64,000 nucleotides of DNA, from positions 281,370 to 345,369 of the IMG/VR virus record IMGVR_UViG_3300027708_000012. The stretch is one strand, 5' to 3'. Below are positions 28,274 through 38,261 of this stretch, one piece after another. The notes beneath the pieces were generated by a model, which saw nothing but the letters and a program-made list of their open reading frames with translations, was not told the origin of the DNA and made no database searches. Numbering within the stretch: the first letter of the stretch is position 1; each line of letters starts with the position of its first letter. Made by a program: the position numbers and the translations under genes.

Positions 28274-28650
28274 TTGTGTTTTTCTTTATAGTCTGCTATT
28301 GCAGCTTTGATAGCATCTTCTGCTAGAATTGAACAATGTATCTTTACAGGCGGGAGTGCAAGCTCTTCTGCGATCTGGGAGTTTTTAAGGTTAACAGCAT
28401 CATTAATATGCATACCCTTAACCCACTCTGTAACCAACGACGAACTGGCGATTGCTGAACCGCATCCATATGTCTTGAAACGAGCATCTCTAATAATACC
28501 ATCTTTGTCTACCTTTATTTGTAGTTTCATTACATCACCGCAGGCTGGTGCTCCAACCATTCCAGTTCCTATACCATCTTCATCTTTGGCAAAAGAACCT
28601 ACATTTCGGGGATTTTCGTAATGATCTATTACCTTGTCTGAATATGCCAT
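28270..28650 (-). CDS. iscU: Fe-S scaffold protein
   Basis: YSDKVIDHYENPRNVG; APACGDVM; GCGSAIASSS; LPPVKIHCS. Confidence 0.97.
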   Translation of the reverse strand: MAYSDKVIDHYENPRNVGSFAKDEDGIGTGMVGAPACGDVMKLQIKVDKDGIIRDARFKTYGCGSAIASSSLVTEWVKGMHINDAVNLKNSQIAEELALPPVKIHCSILAEDAIKAAIADYKEKHK

Positions 28651-28655
28651 TGTAA

Positions 28656-30290
28656 TTAACCTTTTGTTATTAATTTATTTACCTCGGGGAGATAAAGGTA
28701 TTTAATTCCTGATCTCCTCAAAGTGCTTAATGCATCATCAATTGTTTCTACTAAGGGTTCTCCTCCTAAATTAAAACTAGTATTAAATAAAATTGGAACA
28801 CCAGTTTGATTATTAAACTCAGTTATCAAATTATAAAAATGAAAATTTTGTTCAATATTAATTGTTTGTACTCGACACGTATTATCCACATGTACAATGC
28901 TTGGTATTTGATTTTTCTTATTTTCTAAAACATTCACAGCATACATCATAAATGGACTGTTAGACGTGTTACGCATATCAAACCATTCGTGTACATGCTC
29001 TTCTAATACAGTTCCGGCAAACGGCCTGTACCATTCTCTTCCTTTTACACGATTAACAATGTCTTTACCTTGTTGTACTCTAGGGTCGAACAAAATACTA
29101 CGATTGCCTAATGCACGAGGTCCAGCTTCTGAACCTCCTTGAAATATAGCTACTATATTTTCAGAAACTAATAGATTAACAATGTCCGAGTAACTAACTG
29201 TTTGCTCAGTTTCATTTGATTCTAATTTATAATTGTAACTAGGAGTTGGACCTAGACAAAAAGATAATTGTTTATTTGGAGTCGTATTATTAGTAGTACT
29301 ATAATAAGCCAGTTTAGCTATACCTATACTTTGCCCCCCATCGTGCGCAGGAGGGTCTATGAATACATTAACGTCTTTAGGAATGTGTTTTAAATATTCA
29401 TAATTAGCTACACAATTTAATGCATAGCCGCCTGATATTACTAAATTTTTAGAATTGGATAATTTAAGTGCGGTTAAAATTAAATCAGTGGCTACTGATT
29501 GAGTAGATTGCTGTACAGCATAACAAAGATTGGCCGCATCATATTGTTCTACTTCGTCAAGGAATGGCGCAGCATACATTGCTGTATTAGGCCTAAACAA
29601 CTGTTTGTTAGGTGTTTTTTTACCGTTAACAGTTACATATATTTGTGGAATAGTTTCATCGTTCTTTCCGTACGAACTTAATCCCATTGCCTTGCCGCAC
29701 TCTAAATTTGTATGCCCTAAAGCAATACTTAGTGCAGAGTATATACTGGCAATACCTTGCTCATTAGCAAAGACTTTTTCTTCGTGAAACTTAGTAAGTT
29801 GATTATAGTTATTTCCAAACTTTTTATATATAGATGTAAATGTTTTTGGAAATTTTGCTAGATATATGCTTTCAACTTCGTATCCGGCTTTGCCAGCTTG
29901 GTCTAATTCGATATATTTTCCAGCAGCATCTATAACTACACATACCGCTTGGTCAAAACCAGAACTATAAAATCCACTGGTTGCATGATATAGATGATGC
30001 TCACCATTATTAAACACTTGCCTGTGATTGTCAATTAATCCAAGTTTTAAGGCAAATTTAATAAACGGGCCTGCTTCATTTGTAGTATCTGATGACCCTA
30101 CAGATATGGCTAGACAATCTACTTTATTCGTGTATTCAAGAACTTTAAGTAGTCCTAAGAATGGACTATCGTCGTATTTTTTTCGACTTAGTCTTTCTTC
30201 TTCTACATAAAAAACAATATTACCATTTTTAAGTAAACAAGTAGATGCGTTATGCCCTGTACTTATACCTACAATCCAGTTGTCACGCAT
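28656..30290 (-). CDS. Carbamoyltransferase (NodU/CmcH/TobZ family)
   Basis: EEERLSRKK, HHLYHA, GPRALGNRSIL, KGREWYRPFA, NTSFNLGGEP. Confidence 0.92.
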   Translation of the reverse strand: MRDNWIVGISTGHNASTCLLKNGNIVFYVEEERLSRKKYDDSPFLGLLKVLEYTNKVDCLAISVGSSDTTNEAGPFIKFALKLGLIDNHRQVFNNGEHHLYHATSGFYSSGFDQAVCVVIDAAGKYIELDQAGKAGYEVESIYLAKFPKTFTSIYKKFGNNYNQLTKFHEEKVFANEQGIASIYSALSIALGHTNLECGKAMGLSSYGKNDETIPQIYVTVNGKKTPNKQLFRPNTAMYAAPFLDEVEQYDAANLCYAVQQSTQSVATDLILTALKLSNSKNLVISGGYALNCVANYEYLKHIPKDVNVFIDPPAHDGGQSIGIAKLAYYSTTNNTTPNKQLSFCLGPTPSYNYKLESNETEQTVSYSDIVNLLVSENIVAIFQGGSEAGPRALGNRSILFDPRVQQGKDIVNRVKGREWYRPFAGTVLEEHVHEWFDMRNTSNSPFMMYAVNVLENKKNQIPSIVHVDNTCRVQTINIEQNFHFYNLITEFNNQTGVPILFNTSFNLGGEPLVETIDDALSTLRRSGIKYLYLPEVNKLITKG

Positions 30291-30303
30291 TTACTCGCTC
30301 ATA

Positions 30304-30615
30304 TTAATTTGGTACTGCTACGATTTTTCTAGTATTAGTTTGTGGATCGATCATTTCTTCCCAATGATATCCTAATGGCGGTGTTTGCACATAGGGTTGA
30401 GGTTGTTGTATAATTACAGGCGGTTGTTGAACAACAACTTGCTGATTGGCACGATTAATTTCGTAACCAATTACTCCACCAATAATTAACGGTGCAACCC
30501 AATTACCGCCACTGTAATAACCACCACCACGATAGTAACCACCATGATGGTGCCATTGTGCGTTAGCCGACCCTACTACTGCCAATAATGACAAAGCTAA
30601 AATTAACTTTTTCAT
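30304..30615 (-). CDS. Small exported Gly/Pro-rich protein
   Basis: Signal peptide; GGYY repeats; VVVQQPPV. Confidence 0.75.
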   Translation of the reverse strand: MKKLILALSLLAVVGSANAQWHHHGGYYRGGGYYSGGNWVAPLIIGGVIGYEINRANQQVVVQQPPVIIQQPQPYVQTPPLGYHWEEMIDPQTNTRKIVAVPN

Positions 30616-30671
30616 AATATACTCCTTTAAGCGTATACTAATATAACGCCTTAGGCTAATATTTAGTTGAC

Positions 30672-30866
30672 TTACTTTGGTTCTTTACGTGCGTTTTTAA
30701 CTGCGGTAACATCGTTACGAGTTTCTTTACACAATTTTGCCAAATCTTGGCAAGCCTTACGAACACGAGTGCCAGCTGCGCCGACTTCTTTATCATAAAA
30801 CTTTTCGAAGTCTGCTTCCATTGCTTCTACGATTGCTGTAAATTCTGCGTATTTGTTTTGAGCCAT
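30672..30866 (-). CDS. Hc1 (histone H1-like) N-terminal domain protein
   Basis: DFEKFYDKEVGAAGTRVRKACQDLAKLCKETR. Confidence 0.75.
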   Translation of the reverse strand: MAQNKYAEFTAIVEAMEADFEKFYDKEVGAAGTRVRKACQDLAKLCKETRNDVTAVKNARKEPK

Positions 30867-30936
30867 TTTAATAATCCTTTATATTAAGTACGAATACTTA
30901 TGCTGTAGTATACAGCAAATTAAAATAAATGTCTAG

Positions 30937-31242
30937 TTAATTGGCAAACACGTTGCCGGATCCGGATGTTATTGCGCCGCCGTCTGTTGAGTCGCCTACT
31001 CTGGCAACACCAACTCCTCCCACAAACACAGTTCCGGATCCGGCGTTAATTGCAGCCGCATGTTGCGCTGAACAATTACGGCCACCATATCTATGGGTAA
31101 CTGTAGGATTCCCTACACATTCAATAGGAATTCCATTTGCAAAAACTTTGGCGCCTGCACCGGTTGGTCCTGTGATAGTCGTGGTACCATCACAACCATG
31201 TCCGGTTGTTGTTGGGTCACCTTGTCTTGCTATAGCTGGCAT
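30937..31242 (-). CDS. PAAR-repeat spike tip protein (gp5.4-like)
   Basis: PAIARQGD, VFANGIP, GSGTVFVGG..VARVGD, GSGNVFAN. Confidence 0.9.
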   Translation of the reverse strand: MPAIARQGDPTTTGHGCDGTTTITGPTGAGAKVFANGIPIECVGNPTVTHRYGGRNCSAQHAAAINAGSGTVFVGGVGVARVGDSTDGGAITSGSGNVFAN

Positions 31243-31250
31243 ACAAATAT

Positions 31251-31541
31251 TTATGCTAGGGCAATTCCCGTAGTGGACTCAATAAATTGATCAGCAAATT
31301 GTTTGTCAGTTGGCTCTGCTACTGTTACTGTTGATTTTTGTAATTTAATTTCTTTATCAGGACTTACCGTAAACAAGTATGGCATTAGTCCTGGTCCTTT
31401 TGGGCCCATTCCGATAACCTGTGGATTTTTTAATTTATAATGTAACGGACCGTCTTCTACTAACTTGGCAACCAGCTCTTCGCCACTTGTTAGTTTGAGT
31501 GTAACTACTTCGCCTTCTGCGAAACCTTTTGAAATAAACAT
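31251..31541 (-). CDS. Small Sm-like fold phage protein
   Basis: VVTLKLTSGEELVAKL...TTGIALA. Confidence 0.7.
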   Translation of the reverse strand: MFISKGFAEGEVVTLKLTSGEELVAKLVEDGPLHYKLKNPQVIGMGPKGPGLMPYLFTVSPDKEIKLQKSTVTVAEPTDKQFADQFIESTTGIALA

Positions 31542-31542
31542 A

Positions 31543-31770
31543 TTATACCTTTTCGAAATGTTTTTTGAGTTCTGTAAACCCGCCAATGTAATTATCGTCT
31601 AAAAATATTTGTGGCACAGTCCTGGCATCAGGTACAGCTTCTAATAATTCTTCTTTAGTATAACCGTCGCCAATTTTACGTTCGTCAATTTGATAACCCT
31701 TAGCTTGCAATAGCTTATATGCTTGATCGCAGTAAGGGCAATGATATTTAGACCACATTGTTGCTTTCAT
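31543..31770 (-). CDS. Glutaredoxin
   Basis: CPYC, TVPQIF, IGGFTEL. Confidence 0.95.
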   Translation of the reverse strand: MKATMWSKYHCPYCDQAYKLLQAKGYQIDERKIGDGYTKEELLEAVPDARTVPQIFLDDNYIGGFTELKKHFEKV

Positions 31771-31779
31771 TCTATTTCC

Positions 31780-32880
31780 TTATAGTGCCGGTAATGCATC
31801 ATAATCCAACGTTTCGCTCATAATGCCAATAACATAATTAGTTGATTCGTTTTCTTGTAATGCTGTTTGTTTTTTACTTGTATCAGTATGTTTATTAAAC
31901 CATGGGATTGGAGTTGACTTTGGTGCAATTTGTTGATATTTAATACCAATGTCCTTTAATGCACCCACTGCTGTATAGTCTACAAAGTCTTTTAAGATAT
32001 TGGCATTTAAACCAATAACAGGACCTTTCTTAAACAAATAGTCTGCCCATTCTTTTTCTTCACGAATAACGTCCATATACATAGAATAGACTTCTTGTTC
32101 GCACTCTTGTTTGGCTTCAGCAAATCTACTATCTTCCTTGACCACTTGATTAATCAAATAGGCGGTCCAACCTTTGTGTAATAGTTCGTCTTGCAAGATC
32201 AAACTAATAATATTGCCGTTACCCATAAAGATTTTATTCTCTACCATTGCTAGACTTGTAGCAAAGCTAACCATAAAACGGAAGGCTTCTAGTGCGTAAC
32301 TGGCATTTAGTGCTAACCAGATAGCTCTAATATGTAATTTTTCACCAACATCTTCACCAAGCTCTTTATGACAATTAATTACGTGCAATTGGTCATAATA
32401 ATTGCCTACACTTGAGGCCATACTGATAATCTCTTGTGTGTCGTGGATAGTGTTGAATACATCCTTAGGAACATTGTAGATATTACGAATGATATGGCTA
32501 TAACTCTTTGAGTGAATGTTTGTTTCAAAGAATCCCCAGTTGTACATTAGTGCTTCTACTTCTGGCAAACTACAGACTGGAGTAAACACTTGTGTAGGGC
32601 CGCGACCTTGCAAACTGTCCAGTGCTGTTTGTCGTAGCAAGTTACTGGTAAAGATATGTTTGACAGCATCGCTGGCATCTTTAAAATCGTTAGCATCTTT
32701 GGTCAAACTAATTTCTTCTGGTTGCCAAAAGAAACCACGTGCTGTAGCTTCAAAGTCTGCAATCTTTTTATACTTGACTTCCTCAAATCTTTGAATGGTA
32801 ACAGGACCTGCTGGGTCTAAGAACATCTTGCGATTAAGATAGTCTGTCTTTGTTTTTAAATTATATTGTTCTTTACTCAT
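31780..32880 (-). CDS. nrdB: Ribonucleotide reductase class Ia beta subunit
   Basis: FFWQPEEI, LDSLQGRGP, ETNIHSKSY, LEAFRF, DELLH. Confidence 0.95.
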   Translation of the reverse strand: MSKEQYNLKTKTDYLNRKMFLDPAGPVTIQRFEEVKYKKIADFEATARGFFWQPEEISLTKDANDFKDASDAVKHIFTSNLLRQTALDSLQGRGPTQVFTPVCSLPEVEALMYNWGFFETNIHSKSYSHIIRNIYNVPKDVFNTIHDTQEIISMASSVGNYYDQLHVINCHKELGEDVGEKLHIRAIWLALNASYALEAFRFMVSFATSLAMVENKIFMGNGNIISLILQDELLHKGWTAYLINQVVKEDSRFAEAKQECEQEVYSMYMDVIREEKEWADYLFKKGPVIGLNANILKDFVDYTAVGALKDIGIKYQQIAPKSTPIPWFNKHTDTSKKQTALQENESTNYVIGIMSETLDYDALPAL

Positions 32881-35198
32881 AGCTTACATGCCTCGCAATC
32901 TTCTTCGTTGTCAAAATCAATAGCTTCTAACATGGTAGGTGCTTCTTCGGCATCTGCTTTACTACCTTGTTTGTTAATCAAACTATAGTAGAATGTTTTC
33001 AATCCCCACACCTGTGCCTGCATTAAATTTTTAGCAATCAATGTAGTTGGCACTTTACGACCTTCAAAGTGCGCTGGGTTATAGAATGTATTAGTACTAA
33101 TTGATTGATCAACATAGGCGGCGAGAACAGAAGCTGTTTTCAAATACCCGTCGCAATCTTTCTGATCCCACATCAACTGATACTTATTTTTAAGTTTATG
33201 GTATTCAGGAACAACTTGTATAAATGATCCTGCTTTTGATTCTTTAACACTGATCAAACTCATGGGCAACTCAATTCCATTAGTGCTGTTTATAACAACA
33301 CTACTGCTTTCGACTGGGGCGATGGCCATTAGTGTAGCATTGCGTACTCCGTACTGTTTCATATTAGTACGTAGCGTTTCCCAATCAAGTTCTGGGGCAA
33401 AGTTTGCTAGTTCATTAACACCTTCTGCTCGTAATTCCCAAGGGAATATGCCTTGACCGTATCGTGTGTGTGAGCTATGCTGACAAGGACCACGCTCTCG
33501 GGCCAAATCAACTGTTGCTTCTGTCAAGTAATAGGCTTGATGCTCCATCCAACTCTTAACATCCTGTAGTGCATCTTTCTCACCATACTTAAATCCACGT
33601 TTGGCGTGCCAGTAGGCTAGATTAGTAACACCAATACCCAGTGGACTAATTTCGTCGTTACTTAATTTGCTCTGGATTGAAAGAAAATCTTGATAATCTA
33701 AAATATTGCACAGGCTACGCTGTAAGATACGGCAAGCTCGGCGCATGTCTTCTGGATTACGGAAGGCTCCCCAGTTGATTGATCCTAGTGTACATAACGC
33801 TATGCGGCCTTCAGCGTCATCCAGACGTTTGAAAGATTTTGTAGGTAATAGGATTTCACAACACAAATTGCTTTGGTAGATAGTGTGATACTCTGGGTCA
33901 AACGGACCCTGGTTCATTACATTGTCAATGAACACTAGATAGATACGTCCTGTATCAGTACGCTCTTTCAATATGCCCGACTTGAATACTTCTTCAGCGG
34001 ACATAGTTTTTGTACGCAGGTCTTTGCGTTTTTCATATTTTACATATAGCTCTTCAAATAGTGCTGTGTTACTATAAAAAGCTTCGTACAAGTCAGGTAC
34101 TTCGTTAGGATCAAAGAATGTTATAGTCTCTTTGTTCTTAAATCGTCTCCAGAAAAATTTAGATAACACAACTCCGTAGTCCATGTGTCTAACTCGAGTT
34201 TCCTCTGTGCCTTGGTTGTTTTTAAGAACAATAAGGTCATCAAACTGATGATGCCAGATTGGATAGAACACAGTAGCACTAGCATTACGAATACCACCTT
34301 GACTACAACTACGCAAGTCACCGAACCATTTCTTTAAGAAAGGGATCATACCAGTATGCATGATTTCGCCACCGCGAATTGGGGAGCCCAATGGGCGAAG
34401 TCGACCGATTTCCAATCCAATCCCCGCACGTTTACTGGCATACTTTGCCATCATTTCACCACTAGCAAATATACTATCGAGGTCATCATCGCTACGTATG
34501 AGAACACAAGAACTAAACTGCTTAGTAGGAGTGCCAAGTCCGGCCAGCACAGGAGTAGCAAGAGTAAACAAACCATCAGAAGCCGCATTGTAATACTCCT
34601 TTATATAACGCATCCTTGCGCTGTTTGGTTCTTCACGATGAAAGACAGTAGCGGCCGCAACCATATATCTAATCTGTGGAGTTTCATAAGTTTCTTTTGT
34701 AGCACGATTACGTACTAGATATTTTTCAATTAGTTGTTCAATAGCTGCGTAACTGTATTGCTCGTCCTTTTCGTGATCGAGCATTGCATCCATTTTGTTC
34801 CAGTCTTCTTCGCTATACCACTCTAGCAGTTCTTTAGAGTACAGACCAATTTTAACATTTTTTTGTACAATAGAAAAAAGGCTTGGAGGTTTGTATGAAC
34901 CGTAAACATCTTTACGCAACATTGACAAACGCTGTTTACCTGCAACATATTGATAGTTTGTATGTCCAATATCAGGATTTGATTCTACGTCTATCAAATC
35001 AACAACAGCACGTAATGTAATCTCGTCAATTTCTTTTGTTGTGATACCATCGTAAAAGTGCGGCTGACTTTTGATCTCAATCATACTCTGACTGACGTCA
35101 GCTATTCCCTTGCATACTTTGGCAATTTGAGCTTGCCATTTTTCTACAGCTAGCAACTCTGTAGTTCCATTTCTTTTTATTACCGTTATGTTGTTCAT
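32877..35198 (-). CDS. nrdA: Ribonucleotide reductase class Ia alpha subunit
   Basis: ATP cone, QFSSCVLI, SNLCCEI, LCTLG, C-terminal CEACKL. Confidence 0.97.
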   Translation of the reverse strand: MNNITVIKRNGTTELLAVEKWQAQIAKVCKGIADVSQSMIEIKSQPHFYDGITTKEIDEITLRAVVDLIDVESNPDIGHTNYQYVAGKQRLSMLRKDVYGSYKPPSLFSIVQKNVKIGLYSKELLEWYSEEDWNKMDAMLDHEKDEQYSYAAIEQLIEKYLVRNRATKETYETPQIRYMVAAATVFHREEPNSARMRYIKEYYNAASDGLFTLATPVLAGLGTPTKQFSSCVLIRSDDDLDSIFASGEMMAKYASKRAGIGLEIGRLRPLGSPIRGGEIMHTGMIPFLKKWFGDLRSCSQGGIRNASATVFYPIWHHQFDDLIVLKNNQGTEETRVRHMDYGVVLSKFFWRRFKNKETITFFDPNEVPDLYEAFYSNTALFEELYVKYEKRKDLRTKTMSAEEVFKSGILKERTDTGRIYLVFIDNVMNQGPFDPEYHTIYQSNLCCEILLPTKSFKRLDDAEGRIALCTLGSINWGAFRNPEDMRRACRILQRSLCNILDYQDFLSIQSKLSNDEISPLGIGVTNLAYWHAKRGFKYGEKDALQDVKSWMEHQAYYLTEATVDLARERGPCQHSSHTRYGQGIFPWELRAEGVNELANFAPELDWETLRTNMKQYGVRNATLMAIAPVESSSVVINSTNGIELPMSLISVKESKAGSFIQVVPEYHKLKNKYQLMWDQKDCDGYLKTASVLAAYVDQSISTNTFYNPAHFEGRKVPTTLIAKNLMQAQVWGLKTFYYSLINKQGSKADAEEAPTMLEAIDFDNEEDCEACKL

Positions 35199-35407
35199 TT
35201 CTTCGCTTTAAATTTGGTTATGCTTTATTATATACTTAATATTGATTAGGAAGTATTTAGTGATGTGAAACACTCGAAGAAATCTATTCGCAGTCAACGA
35301 TTTAAGCGTGATTTTTAATAAATTGTTTTATTAAATATTATTATCACAGGCATGAACTAAATTATATACGCATTTATTAGCGTTGTCTATATAATTTGAA
35401 AGTTAAC

Positions 35408-37129
35408 TTAATTGGTATATACCGTTGCCGAATATGAGTAGTTAAGTTTGCCTTGGTCATTTTGTAACGTATTGGTGTAATAGATTGCAACACTGGCAAT
35501 TACTTGACCTACAGCGCCAGTGTACACGTTGCCGCGAGCATCCAAAAATTTTCCATAAAATGCTAATTTTGTAGATACACCAAGCGCAGTATCAACTCCT
35601 GCAAAATCATATTCATCACTTAGTTGCAAATACTTTTGATTAATATCTGTTGATAAGTGTATAGAACCTGTTCTGGTAAAGTTTCCTGTTGTTATACTCT
35701 TATACACATAATTAATTTTATACGATGCGCTACCAGTTACAATTCCATATGCATCAGTAGAGATTGGTAATCTAAATGCTAATACATTGTTTTGCTGTCC
35801 GAGATCTAGTTGTTCTACACCAAATGAACTATAAGAAACATTACCCGAGACAACAGGAATATATCGAGTGGTTAAATTGAAATTTGATAAATTGGCGCTA
35901 CGGTCACTTTGATTGTTTTCAACGCTATTATTTGTATTTTTAAAATAAATTTGTGGGTATATTGCAAATGCGTTTCCTGCATTGTTATTTCCAACATCGT
36001 ATAATTTACAATTAATAACAGTATTGTATGTACCTCTTTCTATGTATACAGCTTGTTGTTTTACTTTATAAAATTTTACACTAGAAATTGTTGTTTGTCT
36101 TGGACCAAATTGTTCTCCAGTGCTACTACCGTCTGATCCTACGCCAAATGCAAATCCTTGCAATGCGTCATTAACTAAACAATCTTCAAAAGTATTGTTA
36201 AGTATATCTTGTTTGGCTAGTACCGCTGTAGTAACATTTAAAAATTGAATATTTTTAAATATATTATTAAGACATGTAACCACATTGCTCAATGCATTCA
36301 TTGACATGCCAATGTTTGTACTGTTATATGTTGTATAGTTTGATGTATTACCGGATATTTTTATATTTTCAAAACTACTATCTCTTACAGCATCTAGTTG
36401 CATTCCTGAATTTACACCAGAAGGTAAACTTATTGTGATATCGTTAAGTTTAATATTTCTAGGTTGATTTGTAGATTGAGAACTGGAAATTACACTTGCT
36501 ACAGATATTGTAGTAGTATCATTTACAAATCGAAACGCTGATAAAGTATTTCCTGTCGCTGGGAGAAATTTAATAATTGTTTTATCGATTCCCGACCCAA
36601 CAATTGTTGCAAAACTTGGAATGTATACAGGTCTAGTAATTAAATAAGTTCCCGGTAGGATCATTAAAGTTAATCTTGACAAGATTCCGCTACTAGTAGT
36701 AGAATGAGCTAAATTGCTTGGATTTAAAAATAACTGATAGATAGCATTTTGTAACGCATCTGTATCGTCAGTTATGCCATCGCCTATCATTCCAAAATCA
36801 GCACTTGTAATCTGATCGTCTAGCCTTGTTTGAACTGATCTAAATATTGGGCTACTTGCGTCAGCACCAGTGATTATTGTAGAATCACCTTGTTTATAAG
36901 AATATTGTGTTAACGCTAATAAGTTACCCTCTGCCTTTAAATCATTTAAAGTTAAGAGGCGAGTATTTCCAACAGCTGGCGCACCTTCTGCAACACTACC
37001 GTTGCCAATGTATAATTCTTGAGTGTCTACAGCCCATGCCATTTCTCCGCTGGCTAGCTGTGGAATTCCAGTACCCTGTTTGGCCTGGCCGCGTCGTATT
37101 TGAATTCTTGCAATTTGAAAAACAGCCAT
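35408..37129 (-). CDS. Virion structural protein with Mtd-N-like head and pectate-lyase-like beta-helix
   Basis: RIQIRRG..PQLASGEMAWAVDTQELYIGNG; DFGMIGDGITDDTDALQNAI. Confidence 0.8.
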   Translation of the reverse strand: MAVFQIARIQIRRGQAKQGTGIPQLASGEMAWAVDTQELYIGNGSVAEGAPAVGNTRLLTLNDLKAEGNLLALTQYSYKQGDSTIITGADASSPIFRSVQTRLDDQITSADFGMIGDGITDDTDALQNAIYQLFLNPSNLAHSTTSSGILSRLTLMILPGTYLITRPVYIPSFATIVGSGIDKTIIKFLPATGNTLSAFRFVNDTTTISVASVISSSQSTNQPRNIKLNDITISLPSGVNSGMQLDAVRDSSFENIKISGNTSNYTTYNSTNIGMSMNALSNVVTCLNNIFKNIQFLNVTTAVLAKQDILNNTFEDCLVNDALQGFAFGVGSDGSSTGEQFGPRQTTISSVKFYKVKQQAVYIERGTYNTVINCKLYDVGNNNAGNAFAIYPQIYFKNTNNSVENNQSDRSANLSNFNLTTRYIPVVSGNVSYSSFGVEQLDLGQQNNVLAFRLPISTDAYGIVTGSASYKINYVYKSITTGNFTRTGSIHLSTDINQKYLQLSDEYDFAGVDTALGVSTKLAFYGKFLDARGNVYTGAVGQVIASVAIYYTNTLQNDQGKLNYSYSATVYTN

Positions 37130-37155
37130 GAAAATATCCTCTTATCGAATATTTA

Positions 37156-37872
37156 TCAGTTCTGTTTGTAGTACTGCTCCACACGTTGCCACCATTGATC
37201 TTCCCAGTAGCTAAAATCCTCAGGTTTTAGGATAAATTCCTGGTAAGCAGGTTCTCCCCATACCATAGGCGTAATTTCTGGCGGTTTTACACACATTAAT
37301 ACAACACCTTTACGTATGTTTGTACCATATATTTTATTATGTGCCAGTGCATAAGCTGTTAGCTGTAAGTAGTACCCAGTAATCCACTCTAGTTTTTTAG
37401 GTTTATTAGTTTGCTTGTAATCTAGAATAGACTCTTCATTCATGTGTAGACCGCAACCGTCAGAAGTTCCTGCATATAAACCCGGATAGTATAAGGGTAC
37501 TTCAACACCCCATACTTCGTTTACATTTACCAACCCTTGTTCAATAACATGTTTAGCCATTTTGTGACTTTGTACACTATAAGGGTTTGAGCCAGGATCT
37601 CTTAATATGCCGTCTTTAACATAGTCCTCAAGATACTTGTGCATTCGTGTTCCACGATTAGCAGCTTCTGTAGTAATCTCTTGTGCTTTCTTTTCACCCA
37701 CAGCACGTCTCCATGCTTGGAGTGCGGCTTTTTCTTCTTCGGGTTTAGTTTTGTCTAGGATGGTAGTAACGCTAGGAACTTTACTACCATCTGGTGTCGC
37801 ATATAAGCGTTTGCCTTCTACACTTTCTCTACTAATAGAGGTGTAGGAATATCGTTCGTTGAGTAAAGTCAT
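37156..37872 (-). CDS. PD-(D/E)XK exonuclease (Cas4/lambda-exo-like)
   Basis: PSVTTIL, RGTRMH, YAGTSD, DYK, YYLQLTAYA. Confidence 0.88.
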   Translation of the reverse strand: MTLLNERYSYTSISRESVEGKRLYATPDGSKVPSVTTILDKTKPEEEKAALQAWRRAVGEKKAQEITTEAANRGTRMHKYLEDYVKDGILRDPGSNPYSVQSHKMAKHVIEQGLVNVNEVWGVEVPLYYPGLYAGTSDGCGLHMNEESILDYKQTNKPKKLEWITGYYLQLTAYALAHNKIYGTNIRKGVVLMCVKPPEITPMVWGEPAYQEFILKPEDFSYWEDQWWQRVEQYYKQN

Positions 37873-37877
37873 TCGTC

Positions 37878-37906
37878 ATTATACAACAACACAAGACTCG
37901 AGTCAA
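37878..37906 (-). promoter_or_regulatory. sigma70 promoter giving an apparently leaderless exonuclease mRNA
   Basis: TTGACT-17 nt-TATAAT, ATG 5 nt downstream. Confidence 0.7.
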
Positions 37907-37907
37907 A

Positions 37908-38261
37908 TTATTTGAGTTTATCAGAAACAGCGTTCATTGCTGACTGATGAATTTTATTTGGTTTAGGTTTGCCTTGCTCGGGTTCGAGTTCTTCGCCTTT
38001 GGTGTTAATAACAACACCCTGGCCGTCAAAACGAGCAACTAGTTTTTTAATAACAGGATCACTTTCCCAACGTGCGGCAAATCTATCATAATCGATATCT
38101 GGTGCGCCGTAGTTTTGTCCTGCTTGATTAAGTGCGTCCCAAGTCATAGGAGCGTCGATATGAGAATCACTGTCTGCACCTTGGTTGTTGGCGCTAGATT
38201 GTAGAGCCCTTAATGTTAAAATTAAGGGGTCTACGCTTTCTCTAATAGATTGAATTACTTT
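37908..38261 (-). other. -1 frame extension of 38255..39235 reached via slippery site (117 codons); includes ORF 37908..38147
   Basis: Open frame KVIQSIRESVDPLILTLRAL...APMTWDALN...DKLK* beginning at A_AAA_AAG. Confidence 0.65.

Noticed and set aside
12248-30290. Bacterial chromosome origin for the host-like genes
   Set aside because: Genes are stripped of usual operon partners (no dnaJ, iscS, clpA) and sit among phage late promoters and virion genes
31780-35198. Intron or intein in nrdA/nrdB
   Set aside because: Both ORFs are continuous and of normal length
35199-35407. Replication origin or NrdR box in the AT-rich gap
   Set aside because: Only weak inverted repeats; no iterons or convincing NrdR consensus
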